From contig NC_043000.1 of assembly GCF_006345805.1 (NCBI RefSeq), forward strand, positions 122,884,001 through 122,948,000: 64,000 nt of DNA, written 5' to 3'. The notes beneath the pieces were generated by a model. It saw only the letters and a list, made by a program, of their open reading frames with translations. It had not been told where the DNA came from and made no database searches. Within the stretch, counting starts at the first letter, position 1, and every line of letters starts with the position of its first letter. The translations under genes were made by a program, and so were the position numbers. Source of the DNA: Octopus sinensis (lineage: Eukaryota). Positions 39,596 to 53,150 of this stretch are shown one piece after another.

Positions 39596-41449
39596 ATATA
39601 TGGAGGGGGGAGCGACACCCCAAAACTACTTGATGCCAATGACCTGCTGTGAGCCCAATTTCGTTCTATAGGTGCCCTACATTCACAGCTCTTTATCCAG
39701 CATTATCACGACATCAGATATTATTAAAACCGTTCGCTTTGCCAGAGTCTACACTTAGAGGAGTGAGGACAACATGAAGGTGTCACCTCAAGCAAAGATA
39801 GCGGATGACACTTAAAACGCGTAGCAAAATCTGGACTTGATATACAACTGGGTTTAGAATAAAATTATGAACCTTAAAGGGACACATTTTGTGTGGTCTA
39901 CATTATAGAATGAAACTTTCAACGAAACATATAGGGTTTCCATAAATTACCTAAACTGGAACGCTTCTTCTAATCTGCTGATTTTAAAAAGTTTAATTAA
40001 GAAACTCTCGAAAACTCAAACCCCAATGGGGCGGCGTACCATCTTGTAGTAAAATATCTTTTCGTTGCAAGTGGTGCAAATACAGTAAAACAATTTTTTT
40101 TTCTGATTTTTACTAATTGTAAAAGGAGTTTATGGATATTCTCTATTTCATGTCCTAAAGAAAAAAACTGTGGAGGCGTGTGGTTTGGGGGTTAGGGGTC
40201 TTGGACTCAGTATCGTAAGATTGTGGTTTCGATTCTTCGATACATTGGGTTCTTGAGCAAAGCACTTCATTTCACACTACTCTCGTTCACGCAGCAAGCA
40301 AAGTTTGAAAGGTATAATAGTCATTTCCTTTGATTTCTAGATAGAAGCAAATAGGAAATAACACTTACTGACCAAAGACAAAAACAAAAAAAATTCTAAA
40401 GTAACACAGAGTAATAATACAGAAACACGTTTACTGAAAAATGTATACTAAGATATCTCGATAATGATAACATTATTATTTAACAGTGTAAATTATTACT
40501 GGAAGCCATGGACGGTTCTCGGTTCGAAATCATCTACATTGTAAATATTCTTTACAGTCGTATTTTTGTTATATAACAACAGAGAAGAAAAATCCTCAGG
40601 TGCGTCATGAACTCACACATTTTCGATTACTGATCGAATGTTATCTCAACCAGATTATTTCGATTTGTTAGAATGACCACGTATACAAAACTAACAACAC
40701 AAAATAATCACGTGACTACTTCACCTCTGAATCAATTCATTTCAGACGTAACTTCCTGTCCTCACAAAATCCGATTTTTGTCTTGTTTATTGAAAGATTT
40801 ATTTTTCTGTTTGTTTTCTTATTTTTTTTATTTCCTTTTCACTTTTTTCTTTTATTTATTCCTTTTGCGATACGTTTTCTACCACATCACAGAATCATAA
40901 AAATACATATTTGAAAGAGTTGAATAACATTTTACGTCTGTGATTATGTGTGCGTATCCGAGTGTATGTTTGTGTGTTTAGGTCTGTAGTGTATATGCAT
41001 GAATAAATTCACACACACATACCACATACACACACAAACACACACATGCACATCTATATATATACACGAATATATCTATTTATATACAGGCATATATATA
41101 TATACATATGTATGTATGTATATGTATATGCATATAAATTTATATATATATATATATATTATATATATATATATATTATATATATATATACATATGTATG
41201 TATGTATGTATATGTATATGCATATAAATTTATATATATTTATATGTGTATGCAATGTATGCATTTGAAATATTAGCCCTCTCCTGGGCATCATATATAC
41301 CTGCGCCTGTATTGTAGGAATGTGTGTGTTTCAGTGTGTGTACGTGCGTGCGTGTGAGTGTGTTTGTGCGAGTGTGTGTGCGCGTGTGTGTGTCTATTTG
41401 TCTGTCAGTGCGTGCATGGTGCGTGCATGGTGCGTGCATGTGTGTGTGT

Positions 41450-41491
<42 letters not shown>

Positions 41492-42570
41492 CCTGGTCGT
41501 TATTGATAAACTATTAGAATTCTCAAAGTTCCAGCATTTTTACTGTTCACTCATTATTCTTTTGGAAATTATACCACAAAACATTTTTGTTGCCTTCAAT
41601 TGTTCCATCTTCCAACTGTTGAGCACCATTATTATGTCTTTCCATTCTTGCCTTTTTTATTTTATTTTATTCCTATATTCGTTCCAGTCGTTCATTCCGT
41701 TATTCGTTTTATTCGTTTATTCGTTTATTCGTTTTATTCATGTGTTCGTTTTTATTGCTTCATATCAAGGAAGTGTGGACGGTTAAAGACACCCAAATTA
41801 AACCATAAAATAAAAATGAAGGCTCGTAGACACAATAGGTTTCAGTGAAGAAATTAAATGTCTCAAACAGAGTGAAAAGAGCGTTTCCTCCAACGGAATT
41901 GCACATATTTCTTCAAATCTATTCACATCACGTAGATTGGGTGTTCAGATATCTTTAAGCCATAAAGGCTAATGTTTTTGTTTTTTAAACACGCGCATAT
42001 ATACATACATATATATGTATGCGTGTATAGCATATATACATACATATATAAGTATATATGTATAGAAAATAGTCAGAGAGAGAGAGAGAAAGAGAAGGAA
42101 AAAGAGTGAGAATGAGAGAGAGAAGGGAGAGAGAAATAGGACAATAAAGAAAATGATTTAGAATGGTATGAATCGAAAATGTGACAGACTTTAGTTCTCT
42201 ATGGAGTAGTAAGTTTTCCATCGGAGCCTTGCCGTCTTCCTACATAGTATATCATAGACAGAACATTGTTAAGGAAAATATGAGGGTAGCAGGTTGGGTT
42301 AAACCGTTTAATGCGTCAAAGTTGTTGCTTTGTATAGCGATAATGAATTCTGCCGACGAACAGTTCTCAGTATTTGACACAACTTGGCATCGTACAACAT
42401 TCTGTTGTAGACAATCATTAAAATCTCACAGCTTTGCCAGTCACGGGGATTTTATATCTTTTCTTTTCCTCTGTGTGTGTGTGTTTTATTTTTGTTTTCT
42501 TTTTGTATTGTATTGGGTTTTTGGTACGTTTTGTGTACATTCATATTTCCTGTCGTTATGCACTTTTATA

Positions 42571-42616
<46 letters not shown>

Positions 42617-42702
42617 GTGTGTGTGTGTGTTTGTGTGTGTATGTATGTGTATGTGTGTGTGTGTACATACATACATATATATATATACACACACACGCGC
42701 GC

Positions 42703-42753
<51 letters not shown>

Positions 42754-42785
42754 CGGATAAAAGCTGAAAAGCTGCATTCGATATA

Positions 42786-43350
42786 CGAGGGTGAGTCAAA
42801 AAGTAATGCCATTTTGTTTAGGACAGTATAATTTCCAACGCAGGAACATGTATCATGCATCAAAATGAAGCTGGTTCTTTGTGAATTACATCCCTACTTC
42901 TCAACATAGTCACCGTTTCTCTCAGTAGCAATGTTCCACCTTCGAATGAGAGCATGTACCACTGCCCCGTAAAATTCTGTTGACGCTTCTTTGAGCCACT
43001 TCTTCACTACAGTTTTCACTTCCTCGTCACTGGAATAATATTTGCCTCTCAAACCCTATTTCATGGGGCCGAAGAGATGATAGTCCAGTGACGATGATAG
43101 TCCAGTGACGAGGAAGTGAAAACTGTAGTGAAGAAGTGGCTCACAGAAGCGTCAAAAGAATTTTACGGGGCAGGTATAGATGCTCTCATTCGAAGGTGGA
43201 ACATTGCTATTGAGAGAAACTGTGACTATGTTGAGAAGTAGGGATGTGATCCACAGAGGACCAGCTTTATTTTGATGTGCGAAACATGTTCTTGTGTTGG
43301 TAATTATACCTGTTCTAAACAAAATGGCATTACTTTTTGACTCACCCTCG
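42786..43350. mobile_element. Fold-back mariner (Tc1/mariner) MITE made of two transposase 3' ends
   Basis: TA-flanked TIRs CGAGGGTGAGTCAAAAAGTAATGCC; about 250-bp inverted arms, each encoding the mariner C-terminus (SSDEEVKTVVKKWL..EFY..LIRRWN..DYVEK*); DYHLFGPMK in the spacer on minus. Confidence 0.92.
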
Positions 43351-43477
43351 TATGGTTCATAGTTTAATTGTGCTCCACAATTGTTTCCATAGAGTAAAAG
43401 CATCACAATATATATAATTACACAATTAAGATAAATAATTGAATAATCTAAAAGCCATGTGTTACCCATTTCTTCAG

Positions 43478-43755
43478 ATCAGACAAATATGATAAATGAA
43501 AATCAAAATATCCTTCCATCCATTTTCTCTGCCTTCCATTCCTGGGAGAGTTGTTGGAGTTTATTCCTCAGGCATCTCCTCAATAGGGTCCTTTCAGAAG
43601 CTCCCCTCATTACACTCTCCGGCTGGATTTCCAAGCAGTACCGAGACTATGGATATTATTCCAGCCATGACGCTCATGGAGTACTCTTCAAAATTTTCTC
43701 GTGGTCAGAGACAATTTTGGAACAATTTATTTTATTCAGAATTGGAGTACATCTT
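43478..43755 (+). CDS. Candidate internal coding exon, unknown protein
   Basis: Acceptor CCCATTTCTTCAG, donor CTT|GTAAGT; 278 nt open (QTNMINENQNILPSIFSAFHSWESCWSLFLRHLLNRV..RIGVHL), phase 1 to 0. Confidence 0.45.
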
Positions 43756-43997
43756 GTAAGTAACTGAAGTGTGAGTTATTTTGGATCACATATTATTAAT
43801 TATATTACCTTATAGCTATCGAATAATACAAGTGTTATTAAATTATGGATTTGTTCTGGATTAACTGATCCGATGTAATTACCCTCGTATTGATTAAACA
43901 ACTATATCTTCCATGAAGCATATGTCACTGGTGTGAAGCTAAGATTTATCTTTAGTCATGCTCTGATAATTCTCAAATTCTTCAATTTATCCTTCAG

Positions 43998-44030
43998 GCA
44001 GAAGGAAGCAATTTGTCATGCCACTTTCAA
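43998..44030 (+). CDS. Candidate 33-nt exon (AEGSNLSCHFQ)
   Basis: Acceptor TTTATCCTTCAG, donor CAA|GTAGGT, phase 0 to 0, compatible with the preceding exon. Confidence 0.35.
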
Positions 44031-45018
44031 GTAGGTATATATCGATATGTCATTCAGATACTATTTTATTATTGATGATTTTAAAGCCTGCAATTTTTAA
44101 AATATGCTTTTTTACTGATGGAGCCTATCATTCATGCGATTCTGGGAGAATCTGATAATTTGATCACACAAAAGGAATACATTATGTTGATTAATTTTGC
44201 TAAATGTTTACTTCATTATTTATTCCGAGCTTGTTCTCAGCTTTTACCCAATGATTTAACATATGTGGTGTATGTTGTATTGTAATCAGAAGTGATACAT
44301 TCTCAAAAGTAGAATGGCAATTTCTCTGTGAATGTTCTTCCTTGTTAGAACAGTTTTCTACATTGCTTGTTGCTTCACGCGTGGTTTCTTAAATATAGAC
44401 GACTTTATTACAAGTTTTAGGATCACCCAACTAGCGCCATTTAATTCTGATTCGAATTTCCTTATATAATGGATATGTGAAGTAAAAGAAAAATGTGTAT
44501 CTATTAACCAAATTGTGTACATTTTCTGTGCCTTTGTATACTTGTGTAGCTAGCCAGCATTGCTTATATTCTCGGTAAAAGGTCTTAAAAAAGCGAAAGG
44601 ATATTCAACGGCTGCATCTTGCACAAATTCTGTGCATTGTTTTCAAAGGCAGTGAATAACACTTCCCATATCTCATTCAAGTTGGAATACTACGTCCATC
44701 TAACATTCAAACACTATTTTATTATTCATGCTTTCATCATAAGGGATTTCTGAAGTGCCACTTCCACAGACGGGCCTTTTCCTTCTCCTAACTGCTGTTT
44801 GCTTGGAATAATCACCTAATTTGATGTATCCTTGACTGGAGTGAACATGGCAGTAATTCATTCTACTTTCTCTATGTGTGCAGAGTACAGCCTCTACAGA
44901 TTATTGTATCTCTGCCATTTGCCTGTTTTCGTAATCGTTTTGTGTGTGTGTGTGTATGTGTATGTGTATATGTGTGTGTGTCTGTGCGTGTGCGTGTGTG
45001 TGTGCGTGTGTGTGCGTG

Positions 45019-45062
<44 letters not shown>

Positions 45063-45204
45063 CTTTTGCTTCTACTTGGCTGTTTGGGTTAAATTATTAT
45101 TGACGATCTTTTTATTTTGTTTTTGTTTTATTCTAGTCAGACGTTGTTTAATTATTATTCATTCTGTTATTGTTTTCCCTTATATTAATATTTATTTATA
45201 TTTT

Positions 45205-45853
45205 TGTAGGAGTGGCTGTGTGGTAAGTAGCTTACTTACCAACCACATGATTCCGGGTTCAGTCCCACTGCGTGTCACCTTGTGCAAGTGTCTTCTACTA
45301 TAGCCTCAGGCCGACCAAAGCCTTGTGAGTGGATTTGGTACTGTTAAAAAATTATGATATACACTCTCTTTTACTTGTTTCAGTAATTTGACTGTAGCCA
45401 TGCTGGAGTACCGCAATTAGTCGAGCAAATCGAACCCAGGACTTATTCTTTGTAAGCCTAGTACTTATTCTATCGGTTCTCTTTTGCCGAACCGCTAAAT
45501 CACGGGGACGTAATCACACCAGCATCGGTTGTCAAGCGATGTTACGGGGGGAAACAAACACAGACACACAAACATATACACAAACACATATATATATATA
45601 TATATATATATACAATTCTGAATAAAATAAATTGTCTTTGACCACGAGAAAATTTTGAAGAGTTCTCCATGAGCCTCATGGCTGGAATAATATCCATAGT
45701 CTCAGTTGGTACTGCTTGGAAATCCAGCCGGAGAGTGTAATGATGGCAGCTTCTGATAGGACCCTATTGAGGAGATGCCTGAGGAATAAACTCCAGCAAC
45801 TCTCCAGGAATGGGGGGCAGAGAAAATGGATACACACACACACACACACACAC

Positions 45854-45923
<70 letters not shown>

Positions 45924-46090
45924 TACGACGGGCTTCTTTCAGTTTCCGTCTACCAAATCCACTCACAAGGATTTGGTTGGCCCGAGGCTATAGTAGAAGA
46001 CACTTGCCCAAGGTGCCACGCAGTGGGAATGAACCCGGAACCATGTGGTTGGCAAGCAAGCTCCCTTACCACGCAGCCACTCCGGCGCCT
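45205..46090. mobile_element. Truncated plus SINE B (45205-45350) facing a minus SINE B (45365-46090) that carries a foreign insert
   Basis: Family B motifs; insert 45613-45831 is an inverted copy of 43518-43744. Confidence 0.8.
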
Positions 46091-46159
46091 GATGACAAAT
46101 TTTCTTTTTATTGTCCCGAACACATATTCATTTTTGTTATCGCTGTTATTTCGTATATA

Positions 46160-46375
46160 AGGTGGCGAGCTGTCAGAATCAGCACGCCGAACAAAATGCT
46201 CAGCTGCATTTCTTCCGGCTTTACGTTCTGAGTTACAATTCCACTGGGACCGAATTCTCCTTTCTTCTTTCTCGAATAAAATAAGTATGAACTGTGCACT
46301 AGATTTCCACGTAGTCAACTAACTCCGCCTCCAATGAAGATTTAAGCCTTGTGACTTTATAGTGAAAAGAATTAT
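46160..46375 (+). mobile_element. SINE family A, diverged
   Basis: Head and core motifs. Confidence 0.65.
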
Positions 46376-47377
46376 CATTTCTTATACGTTATTATTATCG
46401 TGAGTAAGGAAGAAGATACTAATAATACGTTTTATCTTATTTATTGTATTCCCTGTCCTCTTTCTTCAATGCTGTCTTTCCTCTCTGAGATTGATCCCTT
46501 AATCTGTGGTGTGCAGAGACATCTGTCTTTTTATTACCCGTATTTTGACTTTAGCAATAATTTTCATTTCGTTGTTTTATAGTGCAATTCCAGCAGGTCA
46601 TATAGATGCGTATATGCACTTTAGTTATGTATTATTTATTTGTTTGGTTCTGCGTGTCCCTTTTTATTTTTTTCGTCTTTTACTTTTATATTTATGTCAA
46701 TGATCTTTGACAGTCAGTCTTCTTCACGACACACCCAATCAATTGCTCTCGTCATCAGATGGTTCTGAAAAGCAAAATGTGGTTCCTCTGTTTACCAATT
46801 TCGTGAGGCAGCTTTCTTTAATTTTCAGTTCTAAAACACAGGCGGAGAAGACAAGGTTATTTAATAAATGTTTGTTGAAAACGAGAAATATTAAGGAAAA
46901 AATCAAATAAAAAAACTGATGGTAATGCTATGGACTTCACAAAGTCAAGTGATAGCTTTATAATAGCTGATATACTCAATTTAATCCCATGAGAAAGTGC
47001 TATCATGCAAACCTTTCACGGCTTCTATAAACGTTATGCATCTTCTATTTTTTCGAATATGACTTTAAATATAACTTTCAGTTACTTCAGATATTCGGTT
47101 AGAATTTCAAAATAATTTAAGAATATAGATAAGTGACGTGTATCCGCAATCAGCACGTAACACACGATGATAAAAAACAGAGAGCTGTTGTGTATTATTT
47201 GAAAGAAAAGTTTATGAAAGAATAGCTGAGAAACTACTTCTTTACTTTGCTGATTCCGCTATTTTATGTATGTATGCCTGTATATGTACATTTGTGTGTA
47301 TATACACACACATATATATACATTTAAATATGCAATTGTATAGATAGATAGACAGATGTGAGTGCACGTGCGTGGGA

Positions 47378-47420
<43 letters not shown>

Positions 47421-47421
47421 A

Positions 47422-47476
<55 letters not shown>

Positions 47477-47538
47477 CATGTATGTATATATGTATGTATA
47501 TGTATATATTTGTATATGTATTTCTATATGTATACGTG

Positions 47539-47627
<89 letters not shown>

Positions 47628-47692
47628 TTACATGTATGTATATATGTATGTATATGTATATATTTGTATATGTATTTCTATATGTATACGTG

Positions 47693-47740
<48 letters not shown>

Positions 47741-48229
47741 CATGAACACACACGCATATATATATACACACACACACGCATATATATGACCATTATGTGT
47801 AGAAGATTACATGGATATATGTGTGTCTGTGAGTGAGTGTATGTGTGAAACCTTATCTTACTTTTCTCTTACAAAATTTTACTTTTGTTCACCGGAATTT
47901 CTCGTGTCACAAAAAATTACACACATCTAACCCGAAACTAGATATTATTCCTTGAAAAACGAGTATTGAAAATAAGGAAAAAAAAGAAGAAACACTACTG
48001 ATAATGTATTGCTGTAGAAATAGTGTGATTTAAAATTATATTTATTTGTTTTGCTGAGATTACAGTGAGATCTGAATTTCTTTTACGCATATTTGAATCA
48101 ATTTTACTGCAGAACCAAGGAAACACGTCGTAAACCAGCCGTTATTTTGCCCGCATGCACATACACACACATATATACAGCACAGTGATGAATATATGCA
48201 GATATATATATATATATATATAAAGTTAA

Positions 48230-48480
48230 TCCAAACAAGAAAACACAGAAAAAAAGAGAAAAAAACACACCAACGCAGGACGTGGAACAATTAAAGTATT
48301 ATTGACGCTCAGGAAAGAAGGGAAGGAGGGTTTAACGTTTCGAGCGGAGCTCTTCGTCGGAAACAAGGAGAAGGGAAGATCCCAAGAAGAGAAGACAGAG
48401 GAAAAAATATTTGAGCTGGTGGTGCTCAAGAGATCACATGTTGAAAGAACAGAAGTTGAGAGGTAGTAGTCGAAACATGG
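48230..48480 (-). mobile_element. Penelope-like remnant with hammerhead-like motif at 48330-48364
   Basis: GUUU-CCGACGA-A-GAGC(UCC)GCUC-GAAA-C-GUU-AAAC; related to the 18160-18365 insert. Confidence 0.55.
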
Positions 48481-48547
48481 TTTTATAAGGCAGTATATGT
48501 ATATATGTATATGTATGTATATGTATATATGTATATGTATATATATG

Positions 48548-48587
<40 letters not shown>

Positions 48588-48603
48588 TATGTATGTATAT
48601 GTA

Positions 48604-48672
<69 letters not shown>

Positions 48673-48675
48673 ATA

Positions 48676-48748
<73 letters not shown>

Positions 48749-48887
48749 GTATATAAATATATATTTATCACCGTGATCACCGTGACCGACCAGGCTATCA
48801 GATGTTGCTACACATCGCTGGTCACAATGCGCTTCGCATTGTTTCAGCCTTCAAATGACGCCACCCCGCTGACTAAGCGAGCAGGCT

Positions 48888-48937
<50 letters not shown>

Positions 48938-48939
48938 CA

Positions 48940-50802
48940 TTTCAACAATTGAGGGTAAAATTAATTAATTAATCAATTTCACCAAGTATTCAGTATGCAA
49001 AGGGACCATTTAAGGCGAATTCAAATTATTACATTATATAAAAGGGCTTAGTAAAATAAATTACTTTGCCGCATACTGAACTCATTAGAAATAGCGGCTA
49101 AAAAAACTTTTTTTAAACTATTTCTAATACTTAAAGAAAACCTCTCTCATATAGTGTTTGCTCAATTCAACTCACGAAAATATGGGGGTAGAGACATTAA
49201 AAAATCAAATGCAAAGGTTATTTGAGAACGTACGTTTCAAGATTAGTCAAACTCGACATTTCTATCATCAGCTCAGAACTCCCTGGTTTGGATTTGAAAA
49301 CACTGAAAGTGGGAGCATACCCTTTCGGCTTCTTATCGCTTCTGAAGATCTGCTCGTAACTAACAGTGCCAACAAACTCAAAAATGCAAGCGAAGAATTT
49401 CTGCTCTCCCCTTTCCACCAGCGTGGGTTAAAATCAGTAAACACTATGCTTTTTTCGGTAAAATCCGAGGCATTATATAGAGAGAGTTGAATTATAATTT
49501 CAACATTTGAGGGTAAAATTAATTAATTAATCAATTTCACCAAGTATTCAGTATGCAAAGGGACCATTTAAGGCGAATTCAAATTATTACATTATATAAA
49601 AGGGCTTAGTAAAATAAATTACTTTGCCGCATACTGAACTCATTAGAAATAGCAGCTAAAAAAACTTTTTTAAAACTATTTCTAATACTTAAAGAAAACC
49701 TCTCTCATATAGTGTTTGCTCAATTCAACTCACGAACATATGGGGGTAGAGACATTAAAAAATCAAATGCAAAGGTTATTTGAGAACGTACGTTTCAAGA
49801 TTAGTCAAATTCGACATTTCTATCATCAGCTCAGAACTCCCTGGTTTGGATTTGAAAACAGTGAAAGTGGGAGCAAACCCTTTCGGCTTCTTATCGCTTC
49901 TGAAGATCTGATCGTAACTAACAGTGCCAACAAACTCAAAAATGCAAGCGAAGAATTTCTGCTCTCCCCTTTCCACCAGCGTGGGTTAAAATCAGTAAAC
50001 ACTATGCTTTTTTAGTTTGACTAATCTTGAAACGTACGTTCTCAAATAACCTTTGCATTTGATTTTTTAATGTCTCTACCCCCATATTTTCGTGAGTTGA
50101 ATTGAGCAAACACTATATGAGAGAGGTTTTCTTTAAGTATTAGAAATAGTTTTAAAAAAGTTTTTTTAGCTGCTATTTCTAATGAGTTCAGTATGCGGCA
50201 AAGTAATTTATTTTACTAAGCCCTTTTATATAATGTAATAATTTGAATTCGCCTTAAATGGTCCCTTTGCATACTGAATACTTGGTGAAATTGATTAATT
50301 AATTAATTTTACCCTCAATTGTTGAAATTATAATTCATCTCTCTCTATATAATGCCTCGGATTTTACCGAAAAAAGCATAGTGTTTACTGATTTTAACCC
50401 ACGCTGGTGGAAAGGGGAGAGCAGAAATTCTTCGCTTGCATTTTTGAGTTTGTTGGCACTGTTAGTTACGAGCAGATCTTCAGAAGCGAGAGGAAGCCGA
50501 AAGGGTATGCTCCCACTTTCAGTGTTTTCAAATCCAAACCAGGGAGTTCTGAGCTGATGATAGAAATGTCGAGTTTGACTAATCTTGAAACGTACGTTCT
50601 CAAATAACCTTTGCATTTGATTTTTTAATGTCTCTACCCCCATATTTTCGTGAGTTGAATTGAGCAAACACTATATGAGAGAGGTTTTCTTTAAGTATTA
50701 GAAATAGTTTTAAAAAAGTTTTTTTAGCTGCTATTTCTAATGAGTTCAGTATGCGGCAAAGTAATTTATTTTACTAAGCCCTTTTATATAATGTAATAAT
50801 TT
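48940..50802. repeat. 558-bp unit array: two direct copies then two partial inverted copies
   Basis: TTTCAACA at 48940 and 49498; strand switch at 50013/50014; inverted part ends at about 50802; duplicated ORFs at 49158, 49716 and 50667(-). Confidence 0.95.
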
Positions 50803-51549
50803 GGATTATATATATATACATATACATATACACATGTTGTATTGTACAGTTAATGTGTAATATTATATCATGTCGTGTTATGTAATAGTGTTTTATTACA
50901 TAAATATGTAGCATGTCATGTAAGAATGTGTATTATGCAACGCTAATGTCATATATCGTATATTATATAATCATATTACTTTGAAGACAAAACTGTGTTT
51001 ATCTATTTTGTTAATGAGTTTTCATATTTTCTTATTAGTCGTGTCTGTAACATGTTCTAACATGTTTATTCTAGAACAATAATATCCTTAAGAAGATCAC
51101 TGTCTCTAGACCTCCTTTTCTTATTTTCTAGCTTATGCGTCCGTCAGCAGCTTTTGTTTTACCGAAACCTCTTTATAGTGAGAGGTAAAAATCATAGAAA
51201 CGACGTTGTTACTGATAGAATCTGTATCACGAGATAATGAATTTTTATATATATATGTTTCTTATTACGCTAATCAGTATGCCATCACTTCCTTCTAAAT
51301 ATTCTTTTTGTCTCACTATTGTCTTGCTTTAGTTTTCTGTTTGTATTAGGCCACGCCCTCTCTAAGTGCGAGATGCGCATATATTCTTAATATCAGGCTT
51401 GGGATGGTTGCTTCAGTGCACAGCTCTCGTCTTATTTCGCTCAATTCTTTAGTTACTTTGATGTCTTATATTTCTCCTTTCTATAATTGAGTTTAGTGTT
51501 TAATATTAGTTTTATTTCATCACAGTTTATCTATTTATCGTTTTTCTTT

Positions 51550-52130
51550 TATCTTTTACTTGTTTCACTTAGTGGACTGCCTGTCATGCTGGAGCACTGC
51601 CGTGATGGAATTAATGGAATAAACTGCTACAGTACTAATTTTTAAATTTGGTACTTATTCTATTGATCTCTTTTGACGAACCGGTCCGTCACGGGGACCT
51701 AAACAATACTGACGGTGAAGCGGTGGTGGGGACAAATACAAACAGAAGCACATACGCAGACATCGTATACACATGTCTATGTATATATATGCATATATAT
51801 ACACACACACACACGTATATATATACACACACATATATATGTATATTATATATATATATATAAATCCTTCTTTATTTCCTATCCTGAGCGTCCAATAACA
51901 CTATACTTGTTCCGCGTCCTCGCGTTGTGTTTTCTCTTTGTGTTTTCATGTTTGTATTAACTATATATATATATATATTTCCGATGGGCTTTTGCACAGT
52001 TTCCGTCTACCAAATTCACTCACAAAGCATTGGTCCTGCCCGAAGCTTAAAGTAGAGGACATTTACTCTAAGTAAACTTGAATCTGTGTGTTTGCAAAAC
52101 AAGCATCTAACCACACAGCCATGCTTGCAC
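51550..52130 (-). mobile_element. SINE family B, diverged, with a Penelope-like remnant in the microsatellite
   Basis: Family B tail and head; CCTGAGCGTCCAATAAC at about 51885 resembles the other Penelope-like inserts. Confidence 0.6.
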
Positions 52131-52920
52131 CTACTTATTTACGTTTGTACCACACACTTCTATATTTTTCGTTCATTTCTGTGTGTTGTATTTTATCAGT
52201 AGTCATAACTACGTGTATAGTTGATCTGGATATAATTCCTTGATTTTACGATATATGACTAATATAATACTTCCAGATTCAATATATATATATTTGTACC
52301 CCATAATCATTTTTATGTTTTAGTCTGACAGAATAAACAGTTTTATTGGGCTTTGTAACTGGGTAATATCGCTTGTAAACTTTTCAAGTCATTCATAAAG
52401 AGGAGATGATTTTAGTCTGTCTGCAGTAGTTGTAGCCATTGTTGGATTCATTCAACAAATTTACTAATGGAGTTAGAACAAGTAAAATATGATAAAATTT
52501 CTTACGGAGGCACAATGTCAGAGGAAGCTGTATTAATACTTTATTTATCGACTTTGACAGCCGGAAAGACATAATTTATCTTTGCAATATTTGAACTTAA
52601 AACGTAAATGGTTGTAAAATTAATGAAAGATGTTAACGCTATGTGCAGACTGTGAAGCACTGCAATGAGACGGTTGACTACGATATTCACAGTTGATCAC
52701 GGTATGTCCGGTTGTACTGTAATCGCCTAGTTCGATATTCTTTAAATATGGTAACGTTGGCAGCTTTGTCCGTTGGACAATCTCACAAAACTTAGATGTT
52801 AACACATATAAGAAGTGATAAAAACATTTGCCTATCACGTTATACGATAATGATCTGTCCACAACCACCTGGGACACTTCTACCCAGACTGGAAAAGATC
52901 AGAGATATTTAGCCAGAAAA

Positions 52921-53150
52921 AGGTGGCGAGCTGGCAGAAACGTTAGCACGCCGGGCGAAATGTGTAGCCGTATTTCGTCTGCCGTTACGTTCTGAGCTCA
53001 AATTCCGCCGAGGTTGAATTTGCCTTTCATCCTTTCGGGTCGATAAATTAAGTACCAGTTACGTACTGGGGTCGATATAATCGACTTAATCTGTTTGTCT
53101 GTGCTTGTTTGTCCTCTCTGTGTTTAGCCCCTTTTGGGTAGTAAAGAAAT
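52921..53150 (+). mobile_element. SINE family A monomer with 15-bp TSD
   Basis: AGATATTTAGCCAGA (52903-52917) and AGATATTCAGCCAGA (53151-53165). Confidence 0.9.

Noticed and set aside
39872-40160. TTAAAGGG-starting Kolobok/piggyBac-like element
   Set aside because: No matching right-hand TIR or TTAA
44241-44385. Reading frame that would be restored by a 20-nt GT..AG intron (44270-44289)
   Set aside because: Too short for a typical metazoan intron; probably coincidental without RNA evidence
49158-50667. Repeated 99-110-aa ORFs
   Set aside because: They arise from the 558-bp repeat unit; both strands are open and no domain is recognised
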